Assembly: GCF_001194135.2 (NCBI RefSeq)
Contig: NC_068985.1
Span: 29,217,197 to 29,281,196 of the forward strand
Length of the DNA: 64,000 bases
Reading direction: 5' to 3'
Source of the DNA: Octopus bimaculoides
Taxonomy: Eukaryota
Shown here: in pieces, positions 34,493-48,092 of the stretch
How the letters are laid out: each line of letters opens with the position of its first letter
Numbering within the stretch: the stretch's first letter is position 1
Program-made: the position numbers and the translations under genes
Notes under the pieces: generated by a model
The model's input: only the letters and a program-made list of their open reading frames with translations
Databases searched by the model: none
What the model was told of the DNA's origin: nothing

Positions 34493-35995
34493 TTTTCATT
34501 CATTTGTTTTGGTCTTTCACATCAAACCATTATGGCTAGTTAGGTTTTTTGTTTTGTTTTTTTTTGCTTCTCTCATACATAAGAATGCATTTAACCACCA
34601 TGACCAGTTAGGATCCTGTCCCTCTTTTTCATCAAGCCATTGTAACTGTCTTGCTTTCAGCCCTGACATTAAACCACTACCCTTAGCCAACCTCCTTCCA
34701 TCCCATCATGACATTATATATTGTTGGCTAACTTCCATTCTTTCTTTTAGACCACAACAGCCAATAGTTTTCCTCTTAGTTTATTACCATAATCAATGAG
34801 ATTTCCTGGTTAGCTAACATAAATACCATTGTCTGAATCTATGTGTATGTCTTCTTGGGATGTTTTCAAAAAAGCTGCCAAATTTTTCATCTAACAGAGC
34901 TTGTTTTGTGAAACCACCGACTCCAGTTTCTCATGTGTGATAACATATTAGGCATTAAAAAAATACAATTGTTTGGGCTTATAGAAAAACCATGGGTTCA
35001 TGAAATTTTATTTTTTTAAGTATTGTTATATTGTAGGATGGTCATTTTTTCTTGTCAAATAAACGCATGCACTATATATTCATTCTTCGCTCGTTTACTA
35101 TTGTTATTTTGTCTCATGTCCATTGTCTGGAAATCTTTTGTCCAACACCTGTGATCTCTTCAGCAATTCTTCCATCCCATGTGTCTCCTGACATTGACTG
35201 GACTAAACAGAACAAGTGGAGACACATAGGATGGAAGAATCACTGAAGCAGTCACAGGTGTGTAATGAAAGATTTCTTGACAATAGACATAAGATAAAAT
35301 AAGAACAATGATAAACAAGTGAAGAACAAATATATAGTGCGTGTGTTTATTTGGCTAGGAAAAAGAAAAAAAATTACCATCTTGGAATATAGCAATACTT
35401 GTTTCAGCACACGATTTCATATCGGGAATCTTGCAAAACAAATTCATAAACGTATTTTTTTCACCACACTGGCTTCTGTGCAGGTGGCACGTAAAAAGCA
35501 CCATTTGAGCGTGGCCGATGCCAGTACCACCCGACTGGCTCTCATGCCGGTGGCACATAAAAGCACTCGCTACACTCTCAGAGTGGTTGGTGCTAGGAAG
35601 GGCATCCAGCTGTAGAAACTTTGCTGGATTAGATTGGAGCCTGGTACAGCCTTCTGGTTCGCCAGCCCTCAGTCAAACCATCCAACCCATGCCAGCATGG
35701 AAAGCAGACGTTAAACGACCATGATGATGATTATTGAGTTACAACGTAAATTTGTACATTATTTGTGTAGCTATAGCAGTGTGTAATTTTTTTTAAAGAA
35801 ACAGAAAATTTGCATAACTTTGTATAACTTGCTTTATTTATATAGTTAGAACCTATAAACAAAATGTATTTAGGTGCTATTGTCTTAATCCAAGCCATTC
35901 CAAAACCACTCTTTTCAACTCAGAGCTGTAGTAAAACTTGTGTATGATATGATAATTCTAACACTAACAAATGGTTTGTCATTTTAACCTTGCAG

Positions 35996-36081
35996 TCACT
36001 GCAGTTAGCTGCGTTTATGATGACCGTATGCAATGTACTTCTCGTAGTCCAAGACTGGTTTACTGATATCAACTTCCTCAG
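35996..36081 (+). CDS. SMG9: SMG9 exon 8, SLQLAAFMMTVCNVLLVVQDWFTDINFL(R)
   Basis: ccttgcag and gtatcc boundaries. Resembles human SLQIAAFLFTVCHVVIVVQDWFTDLSLYR. Confidence 0.96.
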
Positions 36082-36249
36082 GTATCCTATCTCTTCTTTT
36101 CTTTTTTCTTCTCCTCATCTGAAAACTCCTTGAATTTTAGTATGTTTGATTTGTGATGTAGGTTTCAATATTAATTGAAATACACTGCATAGGTATTTCA
36201 TTATAAATATGGTAATGGAATGATTAAGATAAACACTAATCTCTTTTTT

Positions 36250-36640
36250 ACTCTTTTACTTGTTTCAGTCATTTGACTGTGGCCATGCTGGAGCACCACC
36301 TTTAGCCAAGCAAATCGACCCCAGGACTTATTCTTTGGAAGCCTAGTACTTATTCTATCAGTCTCTTTTGCCGAACCTGCTAAGTTACGAGGACATAAAC
36401 ACACCAGCATTGGTTGTCTAGTGATGTTGGGGGGACAAACACAGACACACAAACATATACACAAACATACATATATACAACAGGCTTCTTTCAGTTTCCG
36501 TCTACCAAATCCACTCACAAGGCTTTGGTCGGCCCGAGGCTATAGTAGAAGACACTTGCCCAAGGTGCCATGCAGTGAGAATGAACCCGGAACCATGTGG
36601 TTGGTAAGCAAGCTACTTACCACACAGCCATTCCTGTGCC
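36250..36640 (-). mobile_element. SINE family B
   Basis: Full-length copy on the reverse strand. Confidence 0.9.
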
Positions 36641-38295
36641 TAATAAAATTTATAAGTTAAATATAGCTGCCTCTCCACACACACACACACATCTGTTTTT
36701 GGACAGTCTCTATAGTTCTTTTCTGCTAAAGACACAAACCTTGAAACTTTGTGAGGGTGGGGGTGGCTAGTCAATTATATTGACCCCACTGTTCAACTGG
36801 TACTTATTTTATTGACCCTCAAAGTATGAAAGACAGTCAATCTTGGAATTTGAACTCAGAACATAAAGACGGCCGAAATACCACAAAGCATTTTGCTCAG
36901 CGTGCTAACAATTCTGCCATCTCGCTGCCCTACTACAATGAAACAATATAGAGGCTGTTTTTGATAACAAGATAATACATTTTTGTTACTACCACTGCAA
37001 TAGTTGAATAACCACAAGTTCTAAGAATTACAATGAATAATTAAAACCTGAACTCATGTTTTAACTATTCATTCTTTTGTGGCAGTGCTATATAGATAGA
37101 CTTATCAAGCTATTGATTTATCAAAATTTTTGTTAGGTACCATATGTATTTCCTTTTATTGAAACCTTTTTCTTAATGCTTTTTACATTTGTTAATTATT
37201 TCAAATATATAAAATGTAACTGGGAGAAGTTGAGAGTCTTGTTGAAGGATGTAACAAATTTCTGTTCATAAACAGATACATTAATGTTATCTGTTTATCA
37301 GTTTTTAACCTTTTTGTTATGAAATTCCTGTTGAAATACTCTGCCTTTGTTTCAATTAGTTATAAAAATAATGAAGAATTTAGTAAAATAACCATGTCAT
37401 TATTAAGCTGGTGTTTTTTTTTTTTATTTATGTGCCATTTCAAAGCCTAGCCAGGCTCATGGGTCCTGTTTCCCGGTTTTTATGGTGNNNNNNNNNNNNN
37501 NNNNNNNNNNNNNNNNNNNNNNNNNNNNNNNNNNNNNNNNNNNNNNNNNNNNNNNNNNNNNNNNNNNNNNNNNNNNNNNNNNNNNNNNNNNNNNNNNNNN
37601 NNNNNNNNNNNNNNNNNNNNNNNNNNNNNNNNNNNNNNNNNNNNNNNNNNNNNNNNNNNNNNNNNNNNNNNNNNNNNNNNNNNNNNNNNNNNNNNNNNNN
37701 NNNNNNNNNNNNNNNNNNNNNNNNNNNNNNNNNNNNNNNNNNNNNNNNNNNNNNNNNNNNNNNNNNNNNNNNNNNNNNNNNNNNNNNNNNNNNNNNNNNN
37801 NNNNNNTCCACAAGCTGGTGTTTGGAACATAAATTAACAGGAAATTTTTGATGGAAGATTTTAATTTAAATCACTCATCATCATCATCATCATCATCGTT
37901 TAACGTCCACTTTCCATGCTAGCATGGGTTGGACAATTTGACTGAGGACTGGCGAACCAGATGGCTGCACCAGGTTCCAATCTGATTTGGCAGAGTTTCT
38001 ACAGCTGGATGCCCTTCCTAACGCCAACCACTCTGAGAGTGTAGTGGGTGCTTTTATGTGCCACCAGCACGAGGGCCAGTCAGGTGGTACTGGCAACAGC
38101 CACGCTCAAATAGTGTTTTTACATGCCACCGGCACAAGTGCCAGTAAGGCGACAACTGGAAATTTATATCACAGAACCAGGGGTAGTCTCAGGCTGTCTG
38201 GTATCAAAAGTGTTAAAATGTTTTCAGTGGTTCACATTTCTTCTACAACATTAAAAATTGTCCCCTCTGATTCAAACTACTTTCTATCTTCTTAG

Positions 38296-38396
38296 ATTCT
38301 TGTTAACTGCCGAAATGCTTAAACCTTCAACTCCTGCTAATTCCCATGATGACACATCAGTTCAAGAGAATACTGCAGACTATTATCCACAGATTG
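38296..38396 (+). CDS. SMG9: SMG9 exon 9, FLLTAEMLKPSTPANSHDDTSVQENTADYYPQI
   Basis: cttcttag and gtatgt boundaries. Resembles human FLQTAEMVKPSTP...EYYPHL. Confidence 0.95.
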
Positions 38397-39061
38397 GTAT
38401 GTTTATTTGTATATTATAATCACTTGGTCTGATTTAATCTACACTTGGGTTCAATCATCACGTGTGTGTTTGAGAAATGCATCTGACAATTTTCTATCTA
38501 AAACATTTCTTGTCAAATCTTCATGCTATTGAGTGTAGCCAATAAAACACTTTAAAGTATGTCAGTAAACCAGTACATTACAATAAGAGCAGATGCCTGA
38601 AGACTTTGAAAGAAGCAAGTTTAGACAACTCAAAAGCATTTGCTTTTTAACGAGGATTTCACATTAACCATTTAATGAGTTGCACATACAGAGAATGTAT
38701 AAATACTTCCTCACCTCTGCAAATTGTCTGAAATGGATTTCAGAGCCTCCACAATGTGAAATACTAGAGTAGAAACATCTAGGTGTGTATTGTGTGCATG
38801 AGGTAAGATGGAGGGTTGTCTCAGCTAAACTCATGTGCAAGGATCAAAAGTACAAATTCTTTTGGGCAGGAAGCCGTAATGATGGTAGGTGATGTAGGTG
38901 AGGCAGCCAACACTGGAGCTCAATTACAGTCCTACAGTTCATCAGATCCAACCCATGCCAACATGGAAGATGGATGTTAAATGATAATGACTTAAGTATG
39001 ATAATTTTGCATTTTTGTTCATCTTTCGTAATTATGAATATCATGTGATTTCTTTTTCTAG

Positions 39062-39169
39062 TGTTTGTCCAGAATAAGGCAGTAAGAGATGATTTCAGTG
39101 TAGAAACTTATCGTGCCAAACAATGTTTACTATCCAAAGTGCTTGAGAATTCCAAGCTTAAGTACAAAG
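39062..39169 (+). CDS. SMG9: SMG9 exon 10, (V)FVQNKAVRDDFSVETYRAKQCLLSKVLENSKLKYK
   Basis: ctttttctag and gtaagc boundaries. Resembles human VFLQNKARREDF...SHLRYK. Confidence 0.95.
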
Positions 39170-40162
39170 GTAAGCTTTATATTTATGTTTCTATCTTTAG
39201 ATTTGGATCAAATATATTTTTGAATACAGATATACATTGAGCAGATTTTTTTAGAGCCTGGTGCAGCCATCCGGTTCACCAGTCCTCAGTCAAATCGTCC
39301 AACCCATGCTAGCATGGAAAGCGGACGTTAAACGATGATGATTGTAATAATTATTTTATGGCTTATTAAACAAATAGACTGCTAAATTATATTGTTTAAT
39401 TTTTCATTGAATATTCAACAAAAACCTATTAGTTTTATATCAAAATATCTTATTTCAATGTGCTTTAGTTTTTATTGTATTTAGTATTCAAGGTTATATA
39501 TATTTAGAACCAAAAGCATAAACTTTATTATAACTCATACACCGTTCCTTACTTTGTGTGTTTTTTCCTGGTTTCAATCATTAGACTGCAGCCGTGCTGG
39601 GGAACAGTCTCCAGTGGTTAAGTTAATTATATCACCCCAGTACTTATTTTAATTCAGTTAATATTTTATTGATCTTTATTTGTCAGATAAAATGCCGCTA
39701 AGTATTTTGCCCAGCATAAAGTTAATTTGGACTGTTTTTATAAAATGGGACTATTTTTTAAAACAACAGGTTCATTATAAATGATCCAATATAGTGTGAG
39801 TGAAATAGTATGGACATATAGGCACAGTTACGGCTGTGTGGTTAAGAAGCTCACTTTGTAACTATGATTTAGTGTTCAGTCCCACTGTGCGGCACCTTGG
39901 GCAGATTAAAGGAATAGATCAAGAAGGGATGACCAATTACCATAGTTTAACGTGTATAAGGAACCCTCTAATTTTGGGGGTTTAAAATTTGGCAAAAAAG
40001 GTTTTGTAAGGGATTATAATACTATCCATGTATAATAAACTCCCACATTTTTTAACCTAATTTTTGACAAAAAAGGGTTCTTTATACACATAATACAGTA
40101 TATATATATAAGAAAATGTTTTAACCATAAAAACTTTTAAAATATATTAATGTTTTCCATAG

Positions 40163-40276
40163 ACGCTGTGACTTTGGCCACTGGAGAGTTACTGCCTGGG
40201 TTAAATAACCGAAATATCACCACAGGGGTCAATTTATTTTTGCTACCTCATATGGACAATCAGAAAGTTGAAGCTG
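40163..40276 (+). CDS. SMG9: SMG9 exon 11, (D)AVTLATGELLPGLNNRNITTGVNLFLLPHMDNQKVEA
   Basis: ttttccatag and gtaagt boundaries. VNLFLLP resembles human VNLFLVP. Confidence 0.93.
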
Positions 40277-41650
40277 GTAAGTGTTGCTTTTCTGTATCTT
40301 GATATTATACTAGGCACAGGTACATGCAGGTGCTATGTAAAAAGCCCCCGGTACACTCTAAGTGGTTGGCATTAGGAAGGGCATCTTGCTATAGAAACCA
40401 TTCCAAGACAGACAATAAGAGCCTAGACAGTTCTCCTGATGGCCAGCTCCTGTCAAACCATCCAACCCATGTCACCATGGAAAATGGATGTTAAATCCTG
40501 ATGAGGAGGGATTGGCTGTATAGCTAAGAAGTTCACTTTGCAATCATATGGTTCCTGGTTCTGTCCCAGTCCACAGCATATTGGGAAAATCTCTTTAAAT
40601 TAACCAACCAATGTCTTATCAGTGGAATTGATAGATGGAAACTGAGAAGAATCCTGTTATATATATAAGACCCGTTAAGCCAAGTGAAATCGTAGTTGTG
40701 GCCACTGCTGGTGTCGCATAACTGATGACACATAAAAAGTACCCTTCGAACATTGGGCCTCACAGGGGCAATGACATGTGGCCAAGACCTTTGGTAATAT
40801 GCCATACTTGAGGAGACCCATCAAGTCATGTGAAATCGTAGTCATGGCCAATGCCAGTATCATGTAACTGGCACATAAAAAGCACTCATTACACTCTTGG
40901 AATGGTTGGTTTTAGGAAGGGCATCCAACTGTAGAAATCATACCAAATCAGATTGGAGCCTGGTGTTGTAACCCTGCAGCTTACCAGTTTCGGTCAAACC
41001 GTCTAACCCATGCCAGCATGGAAAGCAGACACTAAATGATAATGATGTTCCTGTGTTTGTGCCCATTCCCAAATGTAAATGTTATTCCAGGTATCCTCGT
41101 TAACACTGAACAAAAAACTCAGCGTCTTTGTTAACATACTCCAACTAGAGAAAGTCTTGTATTTTCAGCATTTGACATGCAAAGACCAATGGAATAATAA
41201 AAAAAAAAGACTATACTTGAAAAGCAGGTATGGACTGGCACCAAGAAGATATCTACCCATAGGAAATTTCATCTGAAGGACAGACATAAAAACCAAACAA
41301 ACAAGCTATATAAGCATGTATCTAGGGTCTCCTAATAAGCTATGTGGGTTTAACTCCTTTATTGCCATATTTGTAACAAAATACAAGAATTTAGAGGGAT
41401 TTAGTAAAATTTATTTTTCATGGTTTTTATTGGCACAGATATGGTTGTGTGGTAAGAAGTTTGCTTCTCAAGCACATGGTTTTGGGCTCAGTTGCACCTT
41501 GGGCAATTGTCTTCTACTACAGCCCCAAGCTAAGCAAAGTCTTGTAAGTGGATTTGGTTGACAGAAACTGTAAGAAGTGTGCATTCATTGTATATATATA
41601 TATATATATATGTGTGTATGTATATATATATATATATNNNNNNNNNNNNN

Positions 41651-41684
<34 letters not shown>

Positions 41685-41688
<4 letters not shown>

Positions 41689-42480
41689 AGGGGCTGGAAG
41701 CATAAAGATCCTGTGAATGGACAGAGATTTAGAGATGTACTACTTGAAGCTTTTGATGAAATAGAGGAGGATGTATCATCACATAATGTGGAAGACAACT
41801 GGAGGTTCCTATTGCACAACCTGTTGAGGGCTACTGACCAGATTTGTGGCTGGTGTGAAGTCCCCTCTCGACCTAAGGTAATGTGGTGGTGGAACAATGT
41901 AGTTGACAGGGCCATTAGGGAAAAGAAACAGGTGTGGAAGGACTGGAAGAACAGTGGTAGCAGGGAACTATATCAGATTGCCAGAAGGGAAGCTAGGAGA
42001 CAGGTTTACTTAGCCAGGGGAGAAGCAGATGAGAAAAAAAATTTGCCAATGTTCTGTGTCATGAGGACCAAAGACTTGAAGTGTTTCATGTTGCAAGACA
42101 GTGTGTGAGAGAGAATCGTGATGTCATAGGAGAGAAATGTGTCCACATGGATGATGGCTCACTTGCATTTAATGAGGCTGCAAAGAGAGAGACTTGAAGA
42201 CACCACTATGAAAGGGTTCTAAATGAAGAGAATGAATGGGAGAAAGAGAGTCTGCCAACAGAGGGAACAGCTATCCGAATTGACAGTACTTTGGTAGATA
42301 AAGCAATTAAGAATATGAAGACGGGCAAAGTCCCCGGCCCATCAGGAATCACTGCAGAGATAGTCTAGTCACCCTTGGCAAAAGAAAGGGCATCCAGCCA
42401 TAGAAAATCTGCCTCAACAAATTCCGTGCAACCCATGCAAGCATGGAAAAGTGGACATTACACCAGTGATGATGGTGTTT
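41685..42480 (+). mobile_element. RTE LINE fragment (endonuclease-RT linker) joined to a 3' tail piece
   Basis: WWWNNVVDRAIREKKQVWKDWK...ARRQVYLARGEA, then DKAIKNMKTGKVPGPSGITAE. Confidence 0.85.
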
Positions 42481-42721
42481 GGAGTATGATGGAAAGGATC
42501 TCATTAAAAATTCTAATGGGGTCTTAACTTAGATTTTTAAATTGACAGATTCTGTATTAAAACCAGAGGTCATTATTAAAAGTTTGTGCTTTGGTGTTGA
42601 AATGTTTATATATCTATCTCAATAGGATCAGTTGAATACCATTTAAATCTTTTCTATAAATCAGAATTCTAGCCAATATTAAGGATATTTATGTCTTTTT
42701 TTTTTAACTTTTTTATTTCAG

Positions 42722-42854
42722 ATTCAATCTTAACGTTTTTACCCGAATATCGTGGCTACCCAAGTTTTAATAGGCTGCTGCAGTCCCTTCGTAACCAAGT
42801 ATTTGCTTGTCAACGTCGTCTGCTGACACACACTATTCTCTCTGAGAAAAACTG
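42722..42854 (+). CDS. SMG9: SMG9 exon 12, (D)SILTFLPEYRGYPSFNRLLQSLRNQVFACQRRLLTHTILSEKN(W)
   Basis: ttttatttcag and gtaagt boundaries. Resembles human LLPGYRGHPSFQSLVSKLRSQV...LSHTILTEKNW. Confidence 0.96.
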
Positions 42855-44382
42855 GTAAGTTGTGAGGCTGGGATACTTTTCCAGGTTTGGTTGTTGGTTC
42901 TCTTTAAAAAAAAATTTTCTTTGGACATAATTTGAAAATTTTAATCTATGTAAACACTGTTTTCCACCTTAACTTGCTGCTTCTTGAACAAGGCACAAAT
43001 ATGACTGTGGTTAAGAAGTTTACTTCCAACTATGTGGTCTTGGGTTCAGTTCCACTGCACAGCACCTTGGACAAGTATCTTCTGCCAAAGCATTGTGAGT
43101 GGATTTATAGATGGAAGCTGAAAAAAGTCCATCACACACACACACACACACACACACATGTTTTGACATCATGTGATGCTTGCAAACATTGTTTGTTTCC
43201 AGTTTTCCAGACTTCTTTAAAACATATCTGGCCATGGGAAATATTATCTTGCTTGGAAACAGGTAATGGTTGGTGACAAGAAAAGAATCCAGCCACAGAA
43301 AATGTGTTTCAACAAATTCAGTGTGACCCATGCAAGCATGGAAGAATGAACATTTAATGATGATGAATGCACGCTTTTTGTTTTAGAACCATCTTTATGG
43401 AAGTTGTTTGTAAACTGACATGAAAACCATGTCCAATAATTAGATCAAGGCTGGCTTTAGGTGTTGGGCAATCAGTTAGCTTAATTTCTTAGCAATTGAC
43501 TTTAATCTTCTTCAATGTATAAATAAGTCTTCCAGTTAGCCAGTTTTATCTCATCATTGTTTCGTTTATATCAAGATACTTGTACCACTGTTACTTGTCT
43601 ACTCATATTTGGTCAATTTTTATATCATTGGGCCACTTTCCTTTTGCAGGAGTACACTATATTGTAGTAGTGGTATTTGTAATAGTAGTAATAATAGTAA
43701 GCTCTTGGCAATTTAATCTGCTTGTTAGCATATTTTTCTTGATTGCCCTGTCTTTATTTCATTTAATTTTTAAAATAATGAATTTAGTAAAATGATTGTC
43801 ATTATTAAGCTATAGTTTTGGATCATAAATTAGCATGAAATTTTATTGAAAGCTTTTGAGATCACTTTAAAACAGGAAATCTGTGTCCTAGGACCAGAAA
43901 CAGTCTCAGGTACATTGGCATCAAAGGGGTGGAGTTTAACAACACAAATTCATATTCTGGTTTAGCCAGTTCATTTATGAGGTGGCACATAAAATACACC
44001 ATTTTGAGCGTGGCCGTTGCCAGTACCGCCTGACTGGCCTTTGTGCGGGTGGCACGTGAAAGCACCCACTACACTCTCGGAGTGGTTGGCGTTAGGAAGA
44101 GCATCCAGCTGCCAAATCAGTTTGGAGCCTGGTGTAGCCATCTGGTTTCACCAGTCCTCAGTCAAATCGTCCAACCCATGCTAGCACAGAAAGCGGACGT
44201 TAAACGATGATCATGATGATGATGATGAACATCACTATTATCCACAGTTATTATCCTGCAATGAATCAGATTTTATTATGCAGCTGGTAAAATATATTTT
44301 CATAAATTTTGATAAAACAGAAAATATAAATCACCTCTTGTCGCTAGAAACTCAATCAATAATTTTTTTTTTTTTATTATAG

Positions 44383-44461
44383 GTTTCATTATGCAGCAAG
44401 AACTTGGGATACTGTGAAAAAATCTACTCTGATGGCCGAGTACAACCGCTTGTTACCGTGA
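44383..44461 (+). CDS. SMG9: SMG9 last coding exon, FHYAARTWDTVKKSTLMAEYNRLLP*
   Basis: ttttattatag acceptor. Resembles the human C-terminus FHYAARIWDGVRKSSALAEYSRLLA*. TGA at 44459-44461. Confidence 0.97.
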
Positions 44462-46412
44462 ACTGTAAAGCAAATCTAGACCTGGTGGATACTGGCAGCT
44501 TTATCTGCAAGGTTTGAATTGCAGGGGCTGGTTTTCTATGAGTGTTGAGGTAATGAGGGATGTACACAAGCTACCATCTGCTCAGAACGGTGAGTAGGTT
44601 GTACAGCCCAACCAGCCCAGAGTGACAGGGAAAGTCAGCCTGCATCAATCCATTGATGACACTGGAGAATATAAAGAGACCTGCTGTTCCTTATGTGGGG
44701 ACAAACATGCCCTCTCTTTTAAGCTCTGGATGTGATGCTGTGAAATATGTTCACTTTGAAGAATAATTCTTCCAGCAAGTTTTATTCCTAGCCCCTTTCC
44801 TACTTCAGCTTTTTGGTTCAAACATGATTTTTTTAAACTTTCTTAAGTTTGGCATAGGATTTTCTGTTCTTTTTATTTCATCACAGATTTTATAGAAGGG
44901 TATAATTCTCAGACTTGTGTTCATGGCCCCATATATGTCAGTCACTGTTAAGTGTAGGACGGAATCCATGATTAAGACTCTTTGAAACTAGGAAATAATA
45001 TTCCATACATTGAGAATTTAGTGATTCTAAGTGTCAAACATGGGTGACAATTGTTCACCTCAGTGACTGGAAGTTGTTCCCTGAAGATTTTTTCAGTTCT
45101 TTTAAACAGTTGTAGCTATATCCATGCTGGAGCATATTCTTCAGATAGTTAAAAAATGTCTAAAGTTTTAGCAAGTTGAATAATGTCGAAACACTTAAAC
45201 TATAGAGCACCCATATGGTTAAAACTGTACTTTAAAACAGATCTTACTCTATTTGGTTATATTACTAAATGCATTTGTTCAAGATAAACATACAGTTAGG
45301 ATATTGAAATGGAAGTCCTTCATTGTGTGAAAAGTATTGGATTTGGAGTGGAATTTTTCACAGACTTGGTGATGATTTTAAACTAATGTGAAATATTCTG
45401 GTGATCGTTATGGAATTGGTGTTATTAGGTAATTCAAGTTCTATCATACAATTAAAATCTAATTTTAAATCATGTTGTGAATAATAAAAAGTAACAATAA
45501 ATTCTTCTGTGAGGTTACTATGAAAGAATATTCATTGAAGTTCAAACTTGTTGCCTAATTATACGTTTTTGATTAAAATGGCCATTAATGTCAAGACTTG
45601 AAACTCTGCCATCCAAATTGAATTATGTCTGTGTAAAGTATATGTTACTTACTTCAGTCACTCCCATCTACATTTCACAGTTGAATGCTTGTTTTGAGAA
45701 TCCATGCATATCATTTAAAATATGACATCATGGTGAAGCAAAAAGTCGTTTGTGTCTATGTAGATAATCCCATGACATGCTTAAACAACCAGGAGAAAAT
45801 AGTGGGTGTGTGGCAGGAAATCAGATTTATTTCCTATGAAACAAATATATTTCCATTTTGCTATCAGCTATTTACTGATTTTATTTCACTTCTCTTTTAT
45901 ATTCATAATATCAGAAGGCATTCTATTCATTCTATTCTGTTATGTTATGTGTCTTTATATATATACAGTGCTGATTTTATGGTATAAATACATAAAATTG
46001 TTCAATACACCCATGTGTTTCTGTATCATCCGACCCATGTATGATAAACAGTACATATCAAAACCTAAGGCTTAATTGACCTCTTTGGTCAACAGTACAC
46101 ATTATTGGATTTCTTTTCAATATGCTGATGTAAAAGCAAATTAAAAAGCAAATTTAATGAAATTTTGGAGCCAGATATGTAATCCTGTTTATCTTCTTCA
46201 TAACAAACTCTGTTAGATTTTAATGTGGTCATAATAATGAATTTTTATAGTTATACAAATTATATTTTAGATTATTTATTTATATGGTGGTTTATGCTGT
46301 CTTCATTTGGTCTCCTACTAAGTACTGTGTTCTATATTCACATTCACTGTCTTTCTCTTCTTATGTGCTGCAAGCTTGTAATATGTTTCAATTTAACACT
46401 TTCTGTATTTGA

Positions 46413-46426
46413 AATAAATAAATAAA
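46413..46426 (+). terminator. Candidate SMG9 polyadenylation signal (overlapping AATAAA x3)
   Basis: AATAAA cluster followed by T/GT-rich sequence, after about 2 kb of repeat-poor AT-rich sequence and just before repeats resume. Another AATAAA lies at 45483. Confidence 0.45.
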
Positions 46427-46659
46427 TGCCTGCCTAAATAACATCTTGTTAAATTGTCTTTCTCTGGTAGTCTCATCTCACCACCTCATACCAAAGATGT
46501 CTTTGAAATAAAGAGGTAACAGGTTTGTTCATTCATTTTTACATCCATTGTCTCATGCTAGTAGGAGTTGCTGAGACCCCCTTCGGTCATGACTGACCAT
46601 GGGGATTGCACCTAGAAAGTTACTCTCCAAGGCACAAGTCTGGCAAGGTTGTTTATGGA

Positions 46660-48092
46660 GGGTTGGCAACGAGTATAGTGAAGAATTCCGGTTAGGGGTC
46701 CACCAAGGATCAGTCCTCAGCCTCCTCTTATTCATTATAGTTCTCGAGGTAATAACAGAAATTCAAGACAGAATGTTCCTGGGAGCTCCTCTATGCTGAT
46801 GACCTTGCTCTAATAGCTGAAGTTTCAGGTGTGGAAGCAAGGTCTAGAACTGAAGGACATTAGACTCAATCTAGCAAAAACCAGATTGATGGCCCTGCTC
46901 GATTTGTAGAAAAGGCGTTGGTAGAAACTACATAAGATGTACCTGGTGTAAGCTATGGACACAGGCGGTGCAGCAATGTCAAAGGAATTAGAAGATAGTT
47001 TTTGTGTGTGGCAAATGCTCAGGAGCATTAAACATTGAAAATGTGCAGAAAACAGCTTCCATCACATGCTAGGGGAAAAAAAATAGTAGTTGATAGCTTC
47101 CGTTGCCTAGGTGACCAAGTAAGTAGTGGATGCTCTGAAAGTGTAGCTGCTAGAATAAGAATAGCCTGGGCAAAGTTCAGAGAGCTCCTATCTCTGCTGG
47201 TGATAAAGGGCTTCGCTCAGAGTAAAAGGTAGACTGTATGACGCATGTGTGCAAATGGCCATGCTTCATGGCAGTGAAATATGGGCCGTGACTGCTGAGG
47301 ACATGCATAAGCTTGCAAGGAATGAAGCTAGTATGCTCTGCTGGGTGTGTAATGTAAGTGCCCTGTGAGAAAAGTTGGACATAAGAAGCATCCGATGTGG
47401 TGTACAAGAGAGACGACTGAGCTGGTATGGTCATGTGTTGCATATGGATGAGAACAGCTGTGGGAAAAGGTGTCACACCCTAGCAGTTGAGGGAACCTGT
47501 GGAAGAGGAAGCCCTGGGAGGAGGTGGGGAAGTACGACCTTTGAGCATTGGGCCTCACGGAGGCGATGACAAGTGACCGAGACCTTTGGAGATGTGCAGT
47601 GCTTGAGAAGACCTGGCTAGCCAAGTGAGATTGTGACTGGCCTATGCCAGTGCAGCATAACTGGCCCATTTAAGAGTATCCTTCAATCATTGGGCAATAA
47701 ACTGCGCTTGCGAAGACCTGTCCAGTCAAGTGAAGTCAGTGTCACGGCCGATGACTACTGCTTGATTGGCACTTATTCTGGTGGCGCATAAAAAGCACCA
47801 TTTGAGTGTGGTCAATGCCAGTGCCGGTGGCACATAAAACGCATCATTTAAGCATGGTCGTTGCCAGTGCCGCCTCACTGGCTCCCATGCCGGTGGCATG
47901 TAAAAAAGCACCCACTATACTCTCGGAGTGGTTGGTGTTAGGAAGGGCATCCAGCTGTAGAAACTTTACCAAATCAGATTGGAGCCTGGTGTGGCCTCCT
48001 GGCTTGCCAGCCTTCAGTCAAACTGTCCAACCCATGCCAGCATGGAAAATGAACATTAAACGATGACGATGATGATGATGATGATGATGATA
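46660..48092 (+). mobile_element. 5'-truncated, degenerate RTE LINE with 3'UTR and (GAT)n tail
   Basis: GVHQGSVLSLLLFII, LLYADDLAL, VVDSFRCLGDQ...ARIRIAWAKFREL, LSWYGHVLHM across frameshifts. Ends ...ttaaacgatgac(gat)n. Confidence 0.92.

Noticed and set aside
44500-44740. snoRNA or SECIS element in the SMG9 3' region
   Set aside because: A TGATGA-like box is present but I found no matching D box with terminal stem, and no SECIS core geometry.
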